IMG/VR virus record: IMGVR_UViG_3300028654_000001
Location: 186,001 to 250,000 of that record
Length of the DNA: 64,000 bases
Reading direction: 5' to 3' (one strand)
The first letter of the stretch is position 1, and each line of letters begins with the position of its first letter. The notes beneath the pieces are model-generated. The model ran no database searches and was not told the DNA's origin. It saw only the letters and a list, made by a program, of their open reading frames with translations. This document shows positions 19,841 through 29,567 of the stretch, one piece after another. The position numbers and the translations under genes were made by a program.

Positions 19841-20082
19841 CACCTGTAGTTATAAGTGGTACTGCCACCTACATGGATATACCCCAAAGAGGCGTTCACC
19901 ACCTTCTCCACACGCTGTGGACAAAAGCCGTAGGTACTGAGAATTACAACAAGAATGAGTGGAAGCAGCTGGCTGCTTACCTGTATGCTCTTATGGCCGA
20001 CCCTATGGCTTCCCAGAATATCATTGAAGTCGACAGGATACTTCAACCACCGACGCGGTTCGAGCGGGAGCCGGTGATCTAA
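19837..20082 (+). CDS. small protein with TRFER tag
   Basis: LHTLWTKAVG..Y.K.EW core; ends PPTRFEREPVI. Confidence 0.7.
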   Translation: MTPVVISGTATYMDIPQRGVHHLLHTLWTKAVGTENYNKNEWKQLAAYLYALMADPMASQNIIEVDRILQPPTRFEREPVI

Positions 20083-20621
20083 GTTAGCTCCACCTGATCA
20101 TATAGCTTGAATCTCGGGTCAGTATAGGACGTAATCGAAGCCATTTCTTCAGGGAAAGGCTTCCTCGATACTGTCAAGAAGTCTGTGTAGCAGATGAGAG
20201 TGTTGCGGCGATCTGGAAGATACTCTGCTTTTCTTTTGAGTAGGTATTGGAACATCTCCGGTGTCCCGCACGCGGTACCATCAGTGTTTTTTCCTAAGTA
20301 GATAACCACTCGCGACCGCTTCAGGATCGGAACAAGACCTGTGTCATGATTAGGGGGCCAGCTGATGAAGGCAACATCAATAGGGTCGTCCTGGACATCT
20401 CGGAAGAGAACCTGACGAAACTCTATCCCCTCTGGGATACTCATGAATCTTACTGGATCCTTGTCAATAGCTATAACCTTCGAGGCTCCAAGACGTAGAA
20501 GCTCGCAAGATACATATAGGTTAGCGGCTCCGAAATCGTGAACTACCTGTCCACGTACGAAGTGTTCAACGAGTTGTGCTTGGGCTTGATTCAGGACACC
20601 GTACGGCATGGAGCTGTCCAA
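20079..20621 (-). CDS. class I SAM-dependent methyltransferase-like protein
   Basis: VHDFGA, VIAID, DVAFISWP motifs. Confidence 0.65.
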   Translation of the reverse strand: MDSSMPYGVLNQAQAQLVEHFVRGQVVHDFGAANLYVSCELLRLGASKVIAIDKDPVRFMSIPEGIEFRQVLFRDVQDDPIDVAFISWPPNHDTGLVPILKRSRVVIYLGKNTDGTACGTPEMFQYLLKRKAEYLPDRRNTLICYTDFLTVSRKPFPEEMASITSYTDPRFKLYDQVELT

Positions 20622-20679
20622 TTAGACAGGAAGATGTCTCCCAAATCAAGATATTTTAGGTTCCAAATCTGCTCTAGGA

Positions 20680-21039
20680 CTACTTTTGTTGATGATCTGC
20701 AGTCCCCATAGGCGGAAGATCATCTAAGTCACAGTCATCGCAATCTTTCTGACCGGACTCTATACAGTGGAGGGCAAGAAACTTACGCTCTATTCTGACT
20801 ATCCTTGAACTCTGTTGACCTATTGCAGTGATTATCTGAACCTGACTATCCAATACATTAGTGACCAATGCTCGCATGTCCCCTAACGCTGAAAGGTCTG
20901 CTCGAATCCCCTTAAGTTCGGCTATTATTGTTCGAAGGAGTGTATTCCCAGCAAGTGAGCTGAGCTCTGAATCATTGAAGGTAGCAGAGTCTGGTGCCTC
21001 CAACTCAGACGGATCTGTTTTTTTGTCGTTTTCCGGCAT
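20680..21039 (-). CDS. hypothetical coiled-coil protein
   Basis: 119-aa ORF with heptad pattern and Cys cluster. Confidence 0.6.
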   Translation of the reverse strand: MPENDKKTDPSELEAPDSATFNDSELSSLAGNTLLRTIIAELKGIRADLSALGDMRALVTNVLDSQVQIITAIGQQSSRIVRIERKFLALHCIESGQKDCDDCDLDDLPPMGTADHQQK

Positions 21040-21160
21040 AATGTGTCGGCGAACCCAATCCTAGGGGATGGTTAGAAAAGCCGTCTCCTACCCTATAAAA
21101 ACCCATCGGGAATTTATCAAGTCCTACGGTAGTTTAGAGGTGGTTGGTGTAGCTGTAGGT

Positions 21161-21538
21161 ATGGCTGAATGGATCGATTTAGTGGCTATGATCATCGACA
21201 TCCAAGTTCATGTTCAAGAGACCGGAGACAAGATCCTAGCTTGGGATCACTTTGAGACCATGGAAAACCCTACCAACCCCCTAATCCCAGGGTATCCAGT
21301 CATGGGATTCATCGCCAGTAAGTCCTATCAAAAAGTGGAGACCGACTTCAATGGGGACTGGATGATATCTAACCATAACGTGAAAAGAAGTCTAGACTCA
21401 CTTGATGACGATGGAAAGGAGTTATTAGATCAGATCCGCTCCCAATGCACTGGACGATTTAACACGCGCAATATATGCAAGTTTCTGAATGGTGAGCCTT
21501 TAGCTGAAACTGTGAGTAGAATGAACGCAGAGTACTAA
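21161..21538 (+). CDS. hypothetical protein
   Basis: Start set at 21161: GGTGTA 21146-21151 lies 9 nt upstream. Confidence 0.7.
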   Translation: MAEWIDLVAMIIDIQVHVQETGDKILAWDHFETMENPTNPLIPGYPVMGFIASKSYQKVETDFNGDWMISNHNVKRSLDSLDDDGKELLDQIRSQCTGRFNTRNICKFLNGEPLAETVSRMNAEY

Positions 21539-21705
21539 GATATTAGCTGGTGCTTGTAATAACAGTATATCTAACTTAATAACTAATTGAGCTTCTTTAA
21601 GGTAGTCTAGTATCGCTCCTTGGGGTATATAGCCATTGAATCAGGTTACTGCCTACCGCTGTAGCCATGGCTTGATTCAAACTTCCGACGCTTCGGAAGT
21701 CTGCT

Positions 21706-22710
21706 GTGAAGTGCTGTGAAGGAGCTAATTACATGACTAAAGATCCCTCTGATAAGGATCCATCGTTTGGCAGTGAGGCCGCCAGGGTTGCTTCAAGCTA
21801 TCTAGTTCAAAGGGTAGCCCCTGAAATCTGTAAAGGATTTGTAGACCACCTGCTTAAACACGGTGAGTTGGATGTTACGACTCACAATAATAAGGCGGCC
21901 AGGAGTAGGGCCAGGAACAACTACATTCGCTGGGCTCATTGGATGGAGCTAGCAATGTTCTCTCAAGTGGTACCCAATGAGACCGCTTCAGATAAAAGCT
22001 CTGAGCTTGTGAAGAATTCGGTTCCGACTGACCCTATTGAAGCTGAGATCCACAGGGAGAAACATTCTAGATCCGATACTAAGCTCAAAGTAGTAAGCTC
22101 CACTCCCCCACCACCTAAAGAAACCGAGCAAAGTTACGATAATGACCCCTCTTTAGGTTTAGAGATTGATAAGTCGAACCAAGCTCTAATCAATCAGCGT
22201 AACTTCTTGACGGAACTCTGCAAAGAAGCTTCCTCTCTTTTGGATTCCCTTATCGAGGATAGTGGTAAGTTGGGGATCTCTGAACTCAGATACCCCCCAA
22301 TAATCATCACACACAGCGGTCTACGAGCTGTCTTGGTCCGATCCATCACTGTGGTAAAAAATGGAACGGTATACAAGTGTGACTACAAAACAGGGGGTAA
22401 TGCAATCACCCGTCACAACTCTGATATGATCGTACTGAGAGACAACAAGAAACTCATTAGGTCTAATCAAAAACAGCCAGGGTATATCGAAGGTAGAAAC
22501 GAACAATTTGTCAAGGGGATGGAGTACAAGAATGGGGCTGTCTACAGTGGCTACTTGATGGCTGATGGAAAGGAACAGTTCAAGTATGCTGTTCACTATC
22601 AGCTTCAAGACGGTGAAGTTGTACAGGTAGATGCCAAGCGGTGTCGAGAGGTGGAAGACCTTCTTTCCACTGGACAAGACCCAGCTCTGTCATTTAAGAA
22701 GGCCAGTTAG
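21706..22710 (+). CDS. hypothetical protein
   Basis: 334-aa ORF; AAGGAG precedes the likely start at 21733. Confidence 0.8.
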   Translation: MKCCEGANYMTKDPSDKDPSFGSEAARVASSYLVQRVAPEICKGFVDHLLKHGELDVTTHNNKAARSRARNNYIRWAHWMELAMFSQVVPNETASDKSSELVKNSVPTDPIEAEIHREKHSRSDTKLKVVSSTPPPPKETEQSYDNDPSLGLEIDKSNQALINQRNFLTELCKEASSLLDSLIEDSGKLGISELRYPPIIITHSGLRAVLVRSITVVKNGTVYKCDYKTGGNAITRHNSDMIVLRDNKKLIRSNQKQPGYIEGRNEQFVKGMEYKNGAVYSGYLMADGKEQFKYAVHYQLQDGEVVQVDAKRCREVEDLLSTGQDPALSFKKAS

Positions 22711-22735
22711 TTAGTAAAAGGTGTAGGATACCCGC

Positions 22736-23020
22736 ATGGGTATCCCTGTAAAGAAAAGCAGAAGTCTCGAGGTCGATAAGGTTCGGTTCCGTTTCATGAT
22801 CAAAGATGGACCGATCACCCCAAACCCATCCGACCGAGAGATCTTCCTTACCGTGCAGGAGGACGCAGACTCCCCAGGACGCGTCCTCCGTGTTACCCTG
22901 CCTCATGGACATGAAGTGACCCCTGAGACCGTCCGTAGGCTCGTACGTCAAGCACTAACCTCCGGTTGGAAACCCTCCGACCGTGGCGGTCCCTTCACCC
23001 TTGAGAAGTACGTTCTGTGA
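22736..23020 (+). CDS. hypothetical protein
   Basis: VTP..VR.LV..AL..GWKP C-terminal pattern; GGTGTA 10 nt upstream. Confidence 0.75.
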   Translation: MGIPVKKSRSLEVDKVRFRFMIKDGPITPNPSDREIFLTVQEDADSPGRVLRVTLPHGHEVTPETVRRLVRQALTSGWKPSDRGGPFTLEKYVL

Positions 23021-23676
23021 GTACTAAAGTATACATAGCCTACAAGGTACATAAAAGTGCCAACATGTGGGATATAGTACATGACATTCGAATACAGGGC
23101 ACCGAGAATGTAAAAGCAGCCCTCATCAAGTTTGGCAATATCCATCTACCGGAGGTTCAAGAAGACACAGATCTGTTCAAGGCAGCACTTGAGCGTTGCT
23201 CTCATTACGGCCGCTCTAAAGAGGTAACCTGGTGGATAGCCAGGACTCAGGTCGCAACTGAGATCATCAAGCGTTGCTACAGAATTAACTCGACCAGCTC
23301 TCTTAGGGGTCCCTACAACTTTGATGTCTCAGTAGGTTTTCGTCAGTATAAAGGCCGAATATACGTCATCCCTTATTGCGATTGGACTATGGGGAAGGTA
23401 CTAGACTTTCTGAAACATGACCCAAGACTTACAGATTTCCACTATCAAAATCAGACGGACAAACCAAAGTCCATATCTGAGAAGTCTTGGGATCGAAGAG
23501 CAGAAGTTTGGGATGGAATGGACAAAGAAGGAAGGTTTCAAGACGTTCTTTGCCTGGATATCTGCAGGTTCGATATGTACTGGCAGTTTGACCCCTATCA
23601 TAGTCTAGTCGAAGAAATATTGAGAAGGGACACAGCCAAAGGTGTAGATCCAGAGCCTACCGGGAGTAACCAATGA
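23017..23676 (+). CDS. hypothetical phage protein
   Basis: MSTKVY start and DFHYQNQTDKP..W..R..VWD pattern. Confidence 0.75.
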   Translation: MSTKVYIAYKVHKSANMWDIVHDIRIQGTENVKAALIKFGNIHLPEVQEDTDLFKAALERCSHYGRSKEVTWWIARTQVATEIIKRCYRINSTSSLRGPYNFDVSVGFRQYKGRIYVIPYCDWTMGKVLDFLKHDPRLTDFHYQNQTDKPKSISEKSWDRRAEVWDGMDKEGRFQDVLCLDICRFDMYWQFDPYHSLVEEILRRDTAKGVDPEPTGSNQ

Positions 23677-24206
23677 GAGTCGGACGTCTGCGTGTACTAA
23701 CTGGCCCAATGTTCTCAAATAAGACAGAGAACCTGATTGCCATGGCAAGATCCATGAACGAGGATGAGCGAGGAATCTACAAGCCCATCACCGATACTCG
23801 ACATGGGGACGGAATAATCGAGTCTCATAAAGGCACCACTATCCCAGCTCTCTGGACTGACTTGGATTTATTAGACGTCGAAACTGATGGGGTTTCACAG
23901 ATATTTGTTGATGAAGCTCAGTTCCTGAATGAGTCAGCTGTAAAGCAGATTCAGACCTTTCTAAGAGCTGGAATCAACATCACCCTCTCAGGTTTAGATC
24001 TGGATTACAGGGGGCTCCCATTTGGGATAATGCCGGTGCTTCTAGCCTATGCTGATGTTGTTCTGAAACTAACAGCTACCTGTTCAATCTGTGGTGGCGT
24101 TTCTAATAGAACCCATCGTAAAGTTCAATCAGACGAGCTAATACTGATCGGTGGAGATGAGTCCTACGATACTCGTTGCCTGATCTGCTATCCGATTGAA
24201 TCTTGA
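23673..24206 (+). CDS. tdk: thymidine kinase
   Basis: GPMFSNKT, DTR, VDEAQF, GLDLDYRGLPF, CxxC..IGGDESY..RC..C. Confidence 0.95.
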   Translation: MRVGRLRVLTGPMFSNKTENLIAMARSMNEDERGIYKPITDTRHGDGIIESHKGTTIPALWTDLDLLDVETDGVSQIFVDEAQFLNESAVKQIQTFLRAGINITLSGLDLDYRGLPFGIMPVLLAYADVVLKLTATCSICGGVSNRTHRKVQSDELILIGGDESYDTRCLICYPIES

Positions 24207-24424
24207 CTTGGAGGGAACCTAGTCACACACGGGCCAGGTAGGCTACTGTCGTTAGTGATTCGTTCGACCCTCACTTTTAACTTGCTCACCTCGCTTGATT
24301 CTGGCATCTCAGCATACACAGATTCAAGATGAGGCAGGCAGAATACTACCTCAATGCGGTGATCTCCTAGGTCATAGATCAATAAGTAATCCGCTGGCTG
24401 ACCGCAGAGAATACACGTTGGCAT
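24188..24424 (-). CDS. small Zn-finger protein
   Basis: CILCG..FCLPH. Confidence 0.55.
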   Translation of the reverse strand: MPTCILCGQPADYLLIYDLGDHRIEVVFCLPHLESVYAEMPESSEVSKLKVRVERITNDSSLPGPCVTRFPPSQDSIG

Positions 24425-24443
24425 TTGTTAACTGACAGGCTAA

Positions 24444-24767
24444 TTAGGAGTTATTGATCCGATCAAACCGAGTAGGTGGCTTATCCGTATACATAGTGGA
24501 CTGCGTGGTCCTTGCCACGTCTACGGAGGGTGGCTCTTCCTCCTCAACCTCTTCCTCCTCCACCTCAGGTTCCACTTGGTTGATGATCATAGGTTGTTGC
24601 GCAAAATTTGCGAGTAAGGCTTTCCACCCAAGAAGAATGTGGTTGGAGATAGTAGCTAGCAGATTGTAGGTAGATCCAATAACAACAATCACTATAAATG
24701 TAGCTAATCCTGGGTTGGCATGAACCCATATCCAGACCTGACTCATCACGGGGACAGTATACCCCAA
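24444..24767 (-). CDS. small membrane protein with TRFDR tag
   Basis: TM segment, acidic linker, ends KPPTRFDRINNS. Confidence 0.7.
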   Translation of the reverse strand: MGYTVPVMSQVWIWVHANPGLATFIVIVVIGSTYNLLATISNHILLGWKALLANFAQQPMIINQVEPEVEEEEVEEEEPPSVDVARTTQSTMYTDKPPTRFDRINNS

Positions 24768-24806
24768 TTTGGGTATCGGTGTAACTAGATTGCTGGACCA
24801 ACTAGC

Positions 24807-26780
24807 ATGGATAAGATTGAACTTAGAAAAGTAGGGGACTTAGTTCCGCACCCATTCAATTTGAAGTACTTCTTGGAACCATCAGCTGATCCAAGCTTCT
24901 TGGCAATTCGAGAGTCCATTGCAAGGGAAGGAATTCAAGAGCCGCTTATAATCAAGGCTGATGGGACCATCCTCTCAGGTAACCTACGGTATGCAGGGTT
25001 AGTTTGGTCTCTCGCTGAAAAGTTTAAGAATGCTCCTAATATCAAGAAGCTCGTTAATGAGTCTCTGGTTCCAATTAGGATACACGCTGAATTTGCCAGT
25101 GAAGCTGATGAGGTTCTCTATCTTATCAGGTCAAACTTGGATCGACGCCAATTCACTCAGGAGCGAAAAGCAGCCATCTGGGACTTGTGGAGAAGCGAGT
25201 ATGAATCCCTAACTAAGAGGAAGCCTGGGCGACCAAAGGCTGATGCTCCAAAGGTTGAGAGCCCAAAGGATGTAGCTGCAAAGCTAGGGATCACAGTAAA
25301 GTCTGCTGATGCTCTAGTCGTTGTCAAGAACAGTCCGCTTGTTCCTCAATCGATCCGAATGAGGGTGTTCAATGAAAAGATTTCAGCAAACATCGTAGCT
25401 AAAGCTGTTGCATTCGCCGAAGAGGAAGCCGCTAGAGAACAGAGGGATCCTGTTCAAGTTGATGTGCTTAGGTATCTAGAGAACCCGCCTCCCAAGAAAT
25501 TCTCAGATACCCTTCAAGAGACCATCTCCAAACCTACTCCTGAAAAGCCTACTGTAGTCAAACCCGTCATTGAGAAACCTACTGAAAAGCCTACTGTAGT
25601 CAAGAAAGCTATCCCTGTAGAACCCGCTCCTATCCCTGACCCTGAACCTTCCTTCGAAGACGTTCTGGTTCAAGTAGAGGAACCCCAGGTATCTACTGTA
25701 GAGGTTGTTGAAACCTCCCCTGACGAGTCAGAGATTGCTGCCTCTGTACCTCCTGCCGTCGAGACTGACGAGCCCTCAGTTAGCGAGCCTGAATTACCTG
25801 AGTACTACCCAGCAACAGATGAGATTGACGAATCCGAGCTATTGTTCGACGCTGGGTTAGACCCCACTGATCCTTCTGGAAGCGGAACCCCAGATCCGCT
25901 TCAGTTACCAGAGACCCCCGGGTTTATAGATCTCCACACTGAGTACCCCATCAGTGAGATCAAAATCGATAACAACCCGGAGAAGCTGGAATCTTGGAAA
26001 GAAGCCTTCCTCAGAGACCAGCTAGCTCCAGCGAATACCCCGGAGCCCTCCAACTACGACAAGGCTATCGAAGTTCTAACCGAGCAGGCCGTTGAGAATC
26101 GTGTGGCCAGCGCTAGGAAGATCATCGAAGCCTTGCTTGGGGAAGTCATTCTCAATGAGAACATTACTGGCAATCTTGTAGGGCTCCACAAGAGCCTGGA
26201 TACCTTCCTTAAAGATATTGGAGCCATCTCCAACGTAGCACCAGCCGAGCAGAACCCCTACCTCTCTGGCTTGCCAACGGACATCAAAGGGCAACTCCTT
26301 CTAAGCCAGTCCTTCGTCAGTGGCATCACCGAGGTGGATGATCCAGAGGAGACTCGAGACTTACTATTGAACATTATTCAAGATGCCAAAGTCTCCGTCA
26401 ACAACCTGACCAACTCCAAACGCTCCCTTGAGCCCAATGGGTTGTTCTGTGTGGATTGTCTAGCACCTCAATTCAAGACAATTCACGGAGATGTCTGTGA
26501 GAACGGTCATGGTGGAGCCCCTGGGATCACAGATGCCCAGATGCAGCAGGAGAAAGCTAAGAGACAAGCTAAGAGTGAGCCTCCTAAAGTGACCCCTGTC
26601 GAAGATATTGACTTCGACAATATTGACTTGAGCGATGACCCCGTACCCACCTCCTCAGATCTGAAAGAATCAGATCTGGACGATCTTGCAACAAGCATCC
26701 TGTCATCACACCCACCGAAGGGGGACCCTGTGGTAGATATCCTTGAAGAATTCTCGGATGTACTTGGCGGATTGGTGTAG
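24807..26780 (+). CDS. ParB/Srx-like N-terminal domain protein with long acidic/Pro-rich region
   Basis: LVPHPFN..ESI..GIQEPLII..ILSGNLRY..SNLDRRQ; late CxxC..CxxGH. Confidence 0.75.
   Translation: MDKIELRKVGDLVPHPFNLKYFLEPSADPSFLAIRESIAREGIQEPLIIKADGTILSGNLRYAGLVWSLAEKFKNAPNIKKLVNESLVPIRIHAEFASEADEVLYLIRSNLDRRQFTQERKAAIWDLWRSEYESLTKRKPGRPKADAPKVESPKDVAAKLGITVKSADALVVVKNSPLVPQSIRMRVFNEKISANIVAKAVAFAEEEAAREQRDPVQVDVLRYLENPPPKKFSDTLQETISKPTPEKPTVVKPVIEKPTEKPTVVKKAIPVEPAPIPDPEPSFEDVLVQVEEPQVSTVEVVETSPDESEIAASVPPAVETDEPSVSEPELPEYYPATDEIDESELLFDAGLDPTDPSGSGTPDPLQLPETPGFIDLHTEYPISEIKIDNNPEKLESWKEAFLRDQLAPANTPEPSNYDKAIEVLTEQAVENRVASARKIIEALLGEVILNENITGNLVGLHKSLDTFLKDIGAISNVAPAEQNPYLSGLPTDIKGQLLLSQSFVSGITEVDDPEETRDLLLNIIQDAKVSVNNLTNSKRSLEPNGLFCVDCLAPQFKTIHGDVCENGHGGAPGITDAQMQQEKAKRQAKSEPPKVTPVEDIDFDNIDLSDDPVPTSSDLKESDLDDLATSILSSHPPKGDPVVDILEEFSDVLGGLV
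25540..25603 (+). repeat. intragenic 22-bp direct repeat (EKPTVVK x2)
   Basis: ctgaaaagcctactgtagtcaa occurs twice. Confidence 0.8.
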
Positions 26781-26803
26781 TCATCTAGGCACAGAAGCCT
26801 AAA

Positions 26804-28042
26804 ATGACTACAGCTCTTGCACGACCTAAGTTTTCGTGGAGGAAAGTTCTCGCTTTCGCGACTGATATCCTCCAAAAGCTTCCGAATCGAAGTGATGGGG
26901 TTCTGGCTATCATTGTCAAGTCTCTTTCCATTGTTGACTCATTCAACGTCCAAATGAACAAGGGTAAGTCAACTGCCCTGTTCGACTTCTTCGGCGATCT
27001 AGACTTGATTGAGGTAACCAATGCCCAGTTTGTCAGCTTGTTCTACTCAACAGGACTGAGGGACAGCTTCAAGATCATCAAATTCGAGATGGGGGATTAT
27101 GTAGAGATCGTGAGAGCCGAACACACTGGGATCGGTACTCTCTACTTCGTTGAGTGGCACTGGGGAAGTAAACCAGAACCTTCTGCTGACTTCTGGCATA
27201 CCAAGGGGTTCAACTTTGAGAAAGCTCTCGAGGTACTTTGGGACAAGTTCCACGGACGCCTCCATCTAGGGATCACCCAAGACCGAAGTGGGGAGCTCAA
27301 GTCAACCTATTCGGAGATTCCCGAGCCAAAAGATCCACTCTTAGGGAAGACCGCGGCCGTCCTTGACGAGTTCAAGGAGCAACACCTACTCTACATGAAG
27401 GATAAGATCCCGAGAACCTATCTGTTCTGCGGAAAGCAGGGGATCGGTAAGACATGCTTCTGTCTTCGACTCTCTCAACTCACCGGCGGTCGAACTCTGC
27501 GCATTGATGCCTGTGGGATCACCTCGGTTGGAGTCAAGGACCTAGACTTCATCATCAATGGTCTGTGCCCTAACTTCCTAATCGTGGATGACATCGACCG
27601 AGCTCCGGAATTGGAGAAGTCCCTCCCAACCCTGTTCTCAATCCTCTCAGACTTCAAGTGCAAGCACCCCAATGTCACCGTGGCCTTGACCATCAATGAC
27701 ATCACTAAACTTGACCCAGCCCTTCTGAGGCCAGGTCGTATTGATGAGATCATCGAGTTTGAACCACCCGATGAAGAAGAGCGTAGTCAAATTCTTGAGG
27801 GGTATCTGAAAGAGTTCGAGGTAGCCACTGAGGTAGACCTGAAGAGGATCGCTGAGTCTACTGAGGGGTTAACCGCCGCCTACCTTCGAGAAGTAGCCCT
27901 TCAACTCCGGTATCGCCCCCAAGAGAGAGTATTGAAGGTCATCAACCGGATGAACGATCTTGCCAGCGCCAAAGAGGAAAAGAAGAAAGAAACTAAGTGT
28001 AGCGAACCCGTTGGAAACTCGGCCCGCGCGACTCCGGTGTAA
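26804..28042 (+). CDS. AAA+ ATPase
   Basis: Walker A GKQGIGKT, Walker B IVDDID, SRH LDPALLRPGRID. Confidence 0.9.
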   Translation: MTTALARPKFSWRKVLAFATDILQKLPNRSDGVLAIIVKSLSIVDSFNVQMNKGKSTALFDFFGDLDLIEVTNAQFVSLFYSTGLRDSFKIIKFEMGDYVEIVRAEHTGIGTLYFVEWHWGSKPEPSADFWHTKGFNFEKALEVLWDKFHGRLHLGITQDRSGELKSTYSEIPEPKDPLLGKTAAVLDEFKEQHLLYMKDKIPRTYLFCGKQGIGKTCFCLRLSQLTGGRTLRIDACGITSVGVKDLDFIINGLCPNFLIVDDIDRAPELEKSLPTLFSILSDFKCKHPNVTVALTINDITKLDPALLRPGRIDEIIEFEPPDEEERSQILEGYLKEFEVATEVDLKRIAESTEGLTAAYLREVALQLRYRPQERVLKVINRMNDLASAKEEKKKETKCSEPVGNSARATPV

Positions 28043-28050
28043 TTAGGGCC

Positions 28051-28344
28051 ATGACTCCCGATAAGATTATGACGGCTTGTCATAAGTACAAGGAACTCCT
28101 CTTTGGATACCAGCCCATTAGCTTCCCAACAGCAGAGATGATCCCAGCCCTTGAAAGGGATTGCCGAGACTACAACAGGGAAAGTAGTCTTCAACACGCC
28201 ATGTGGATGTGCACTGCCATAGAGGAGCAGGTGAAAAATGGTAAGTGCTCCAAAGCCGAACGCTGGCTATGCTTCATTCAAGGGGTTCTCTGGATGAACG
28301 GGATCTGCAGCATCGATGAGATGAGAGACGATAATCGGGATTAG
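28051..28344 (+). CDS. hypothetical phage protein
   Basis: HAMWM..KAERWLCFIQGVL pattern; GGTGTA 9 nt upstream. Confidence 0.75.
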   Translation: MTPDKIMTACHKYKELLFGYQPISFPTAEMIPALERDCRDYNRESSLQHAMWMCTAIEEQVKNGKCSKAERWLCFIQGVLWMNGICSIDEMRDDNRD

Positions 28345-29567
28345 GTAGCAGCTGCTATAGCTGATTTCCTGCTTTTACCCCTACGAATTAGGGAGATATT
28401 AGAGTGATGAGTCTTGTATATCTTTGCAAGGTGAGTTCCCGGTAAGGAACTGGCTAGTATCTCCTGAACCTCATTATCTGTAAGTTTGGTGGCATAGTGG
28501 GTTTCACCACGAGGTCGACTCTCAGGGTGCAAACGAGACCCAGAGCGATCCCCACGTGGGACTCGCTCTGGGTTGGTAATAGAACTATGTCTCCCTTTCC
28601 TAGACATATCTATCATATTGTCTAGTTGAGTCCCCTCAAATAAGTGGTCTGGGTTGGCACAGCTCCTATTATCACACTTGTGGAGCGCAAACATTCCTGG
28701 GAGCAACTTACGCCCAAGCTTGGCTTCTAGTACTATACTGGTGACCCTACGTGTCTTTCTATTCACCCCTATCAAACCATACCTGTCATTACTTGAACCA
28801 GTACAAGTCCAACAACGGCCTAATTCCTCACGTAGTGTAGGCCCATTAATGTTCAGGTGCTGGATCAAAACTTCCGCAATTCGCATTCCGTGGAAGTATG
28901 CTGATTGTTCTTTCAAAACTTGAAGCTCCGCTGACACAACTACTTGCGGATTCAGAAGGTGCTTCCAAGTTAAACCCTTACAGATCTTTTGAATACAACT
29001 CTTGTTTACTCCAAACTTAGTGGCAAGCCACTGATAGCTCTCATGACTAATACGAATTTCCTGAATCATGTCTGCAGTGAGCTTAGAGTTCGAATTACCA
29101 GACCCACCCCTACTTTGAAGCACTTGCCTACAACACCTGCCCTTGGTGACCTTATCCACCATATTGTCTCTTGTTGTGCCTTCGAACAAGTGACTCGGTT
29201 CAAAACATGAGGGGTTGTCGCACCTGTGACATGAGAGCATACCAGAAGTAAGAGGGCGTTTTAGCTTGGCTTCCAATACCAAACGACTAGCCTGGTAGTG
29301 ATTTCTACCGATCATTACCCGGTAACGCTCACCGATCCGACTACTAGACTTTTCTAAGCACGGGCCTAAATCCTGTCGTACAACTACCTCAATCAGATTG
29401 TAAGTGATCCGATCCGCCAGAGCACGACCATGATAGATCATGGTCATATTGTAAATGTTTTGGATACTCATTGGCTCTAATAGATAGACATTAAATGAAG
29501 TATATGGTTTAGGGGTACCTAAACCATATACCACACTGCCGATTTTACTACAATGCTTCGGTAACAA
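28341..29567 (-). CDS. HNH endonuclease with tandem HNH modules and HTH-like tails
   Basis: CHRCDNPSCFEPSHL..N..D and LHKCDNRSCANPDHL..N..D; true start probably downstream (~29471-29447). Confidence 0.88.
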   Translation of the reverse strand: MLPKHCSKIGSVVYGLGTPKPYTSFNVYLLEPMSIQNIYNMTMIYHGRALADRITYNLIEVVVRQDLGPCLEKSSSRIGERYRVMIGRNHYQASRLVLEAKLKRPLTSGMLSCHRCDNPSCFEPSHLFEGTTRDNMVDKVTKGRCCRQVLQSRGGSGNSNSKLTADMIQEIRISHESYQWLATKFGVNKSCIQKICKGLTWKHLLNPQVVVSAELQVLKEQSAYFHGMRIAEVLIQHLNINGPTLREELGRCWTCTGSSNDRYGLIGVNRKTRRVTSIVLEAKLGRKLLPGMFALHKCDNRSCANPDHLFEGTQLDNMIDMSRKGRHSSITNPERVPRGDRSGSRLHPESRPRGETHYATKLTDNEVQEILASSLPGTHLAKIYKTHHSNISLIRRGKSRKSAIAAAT

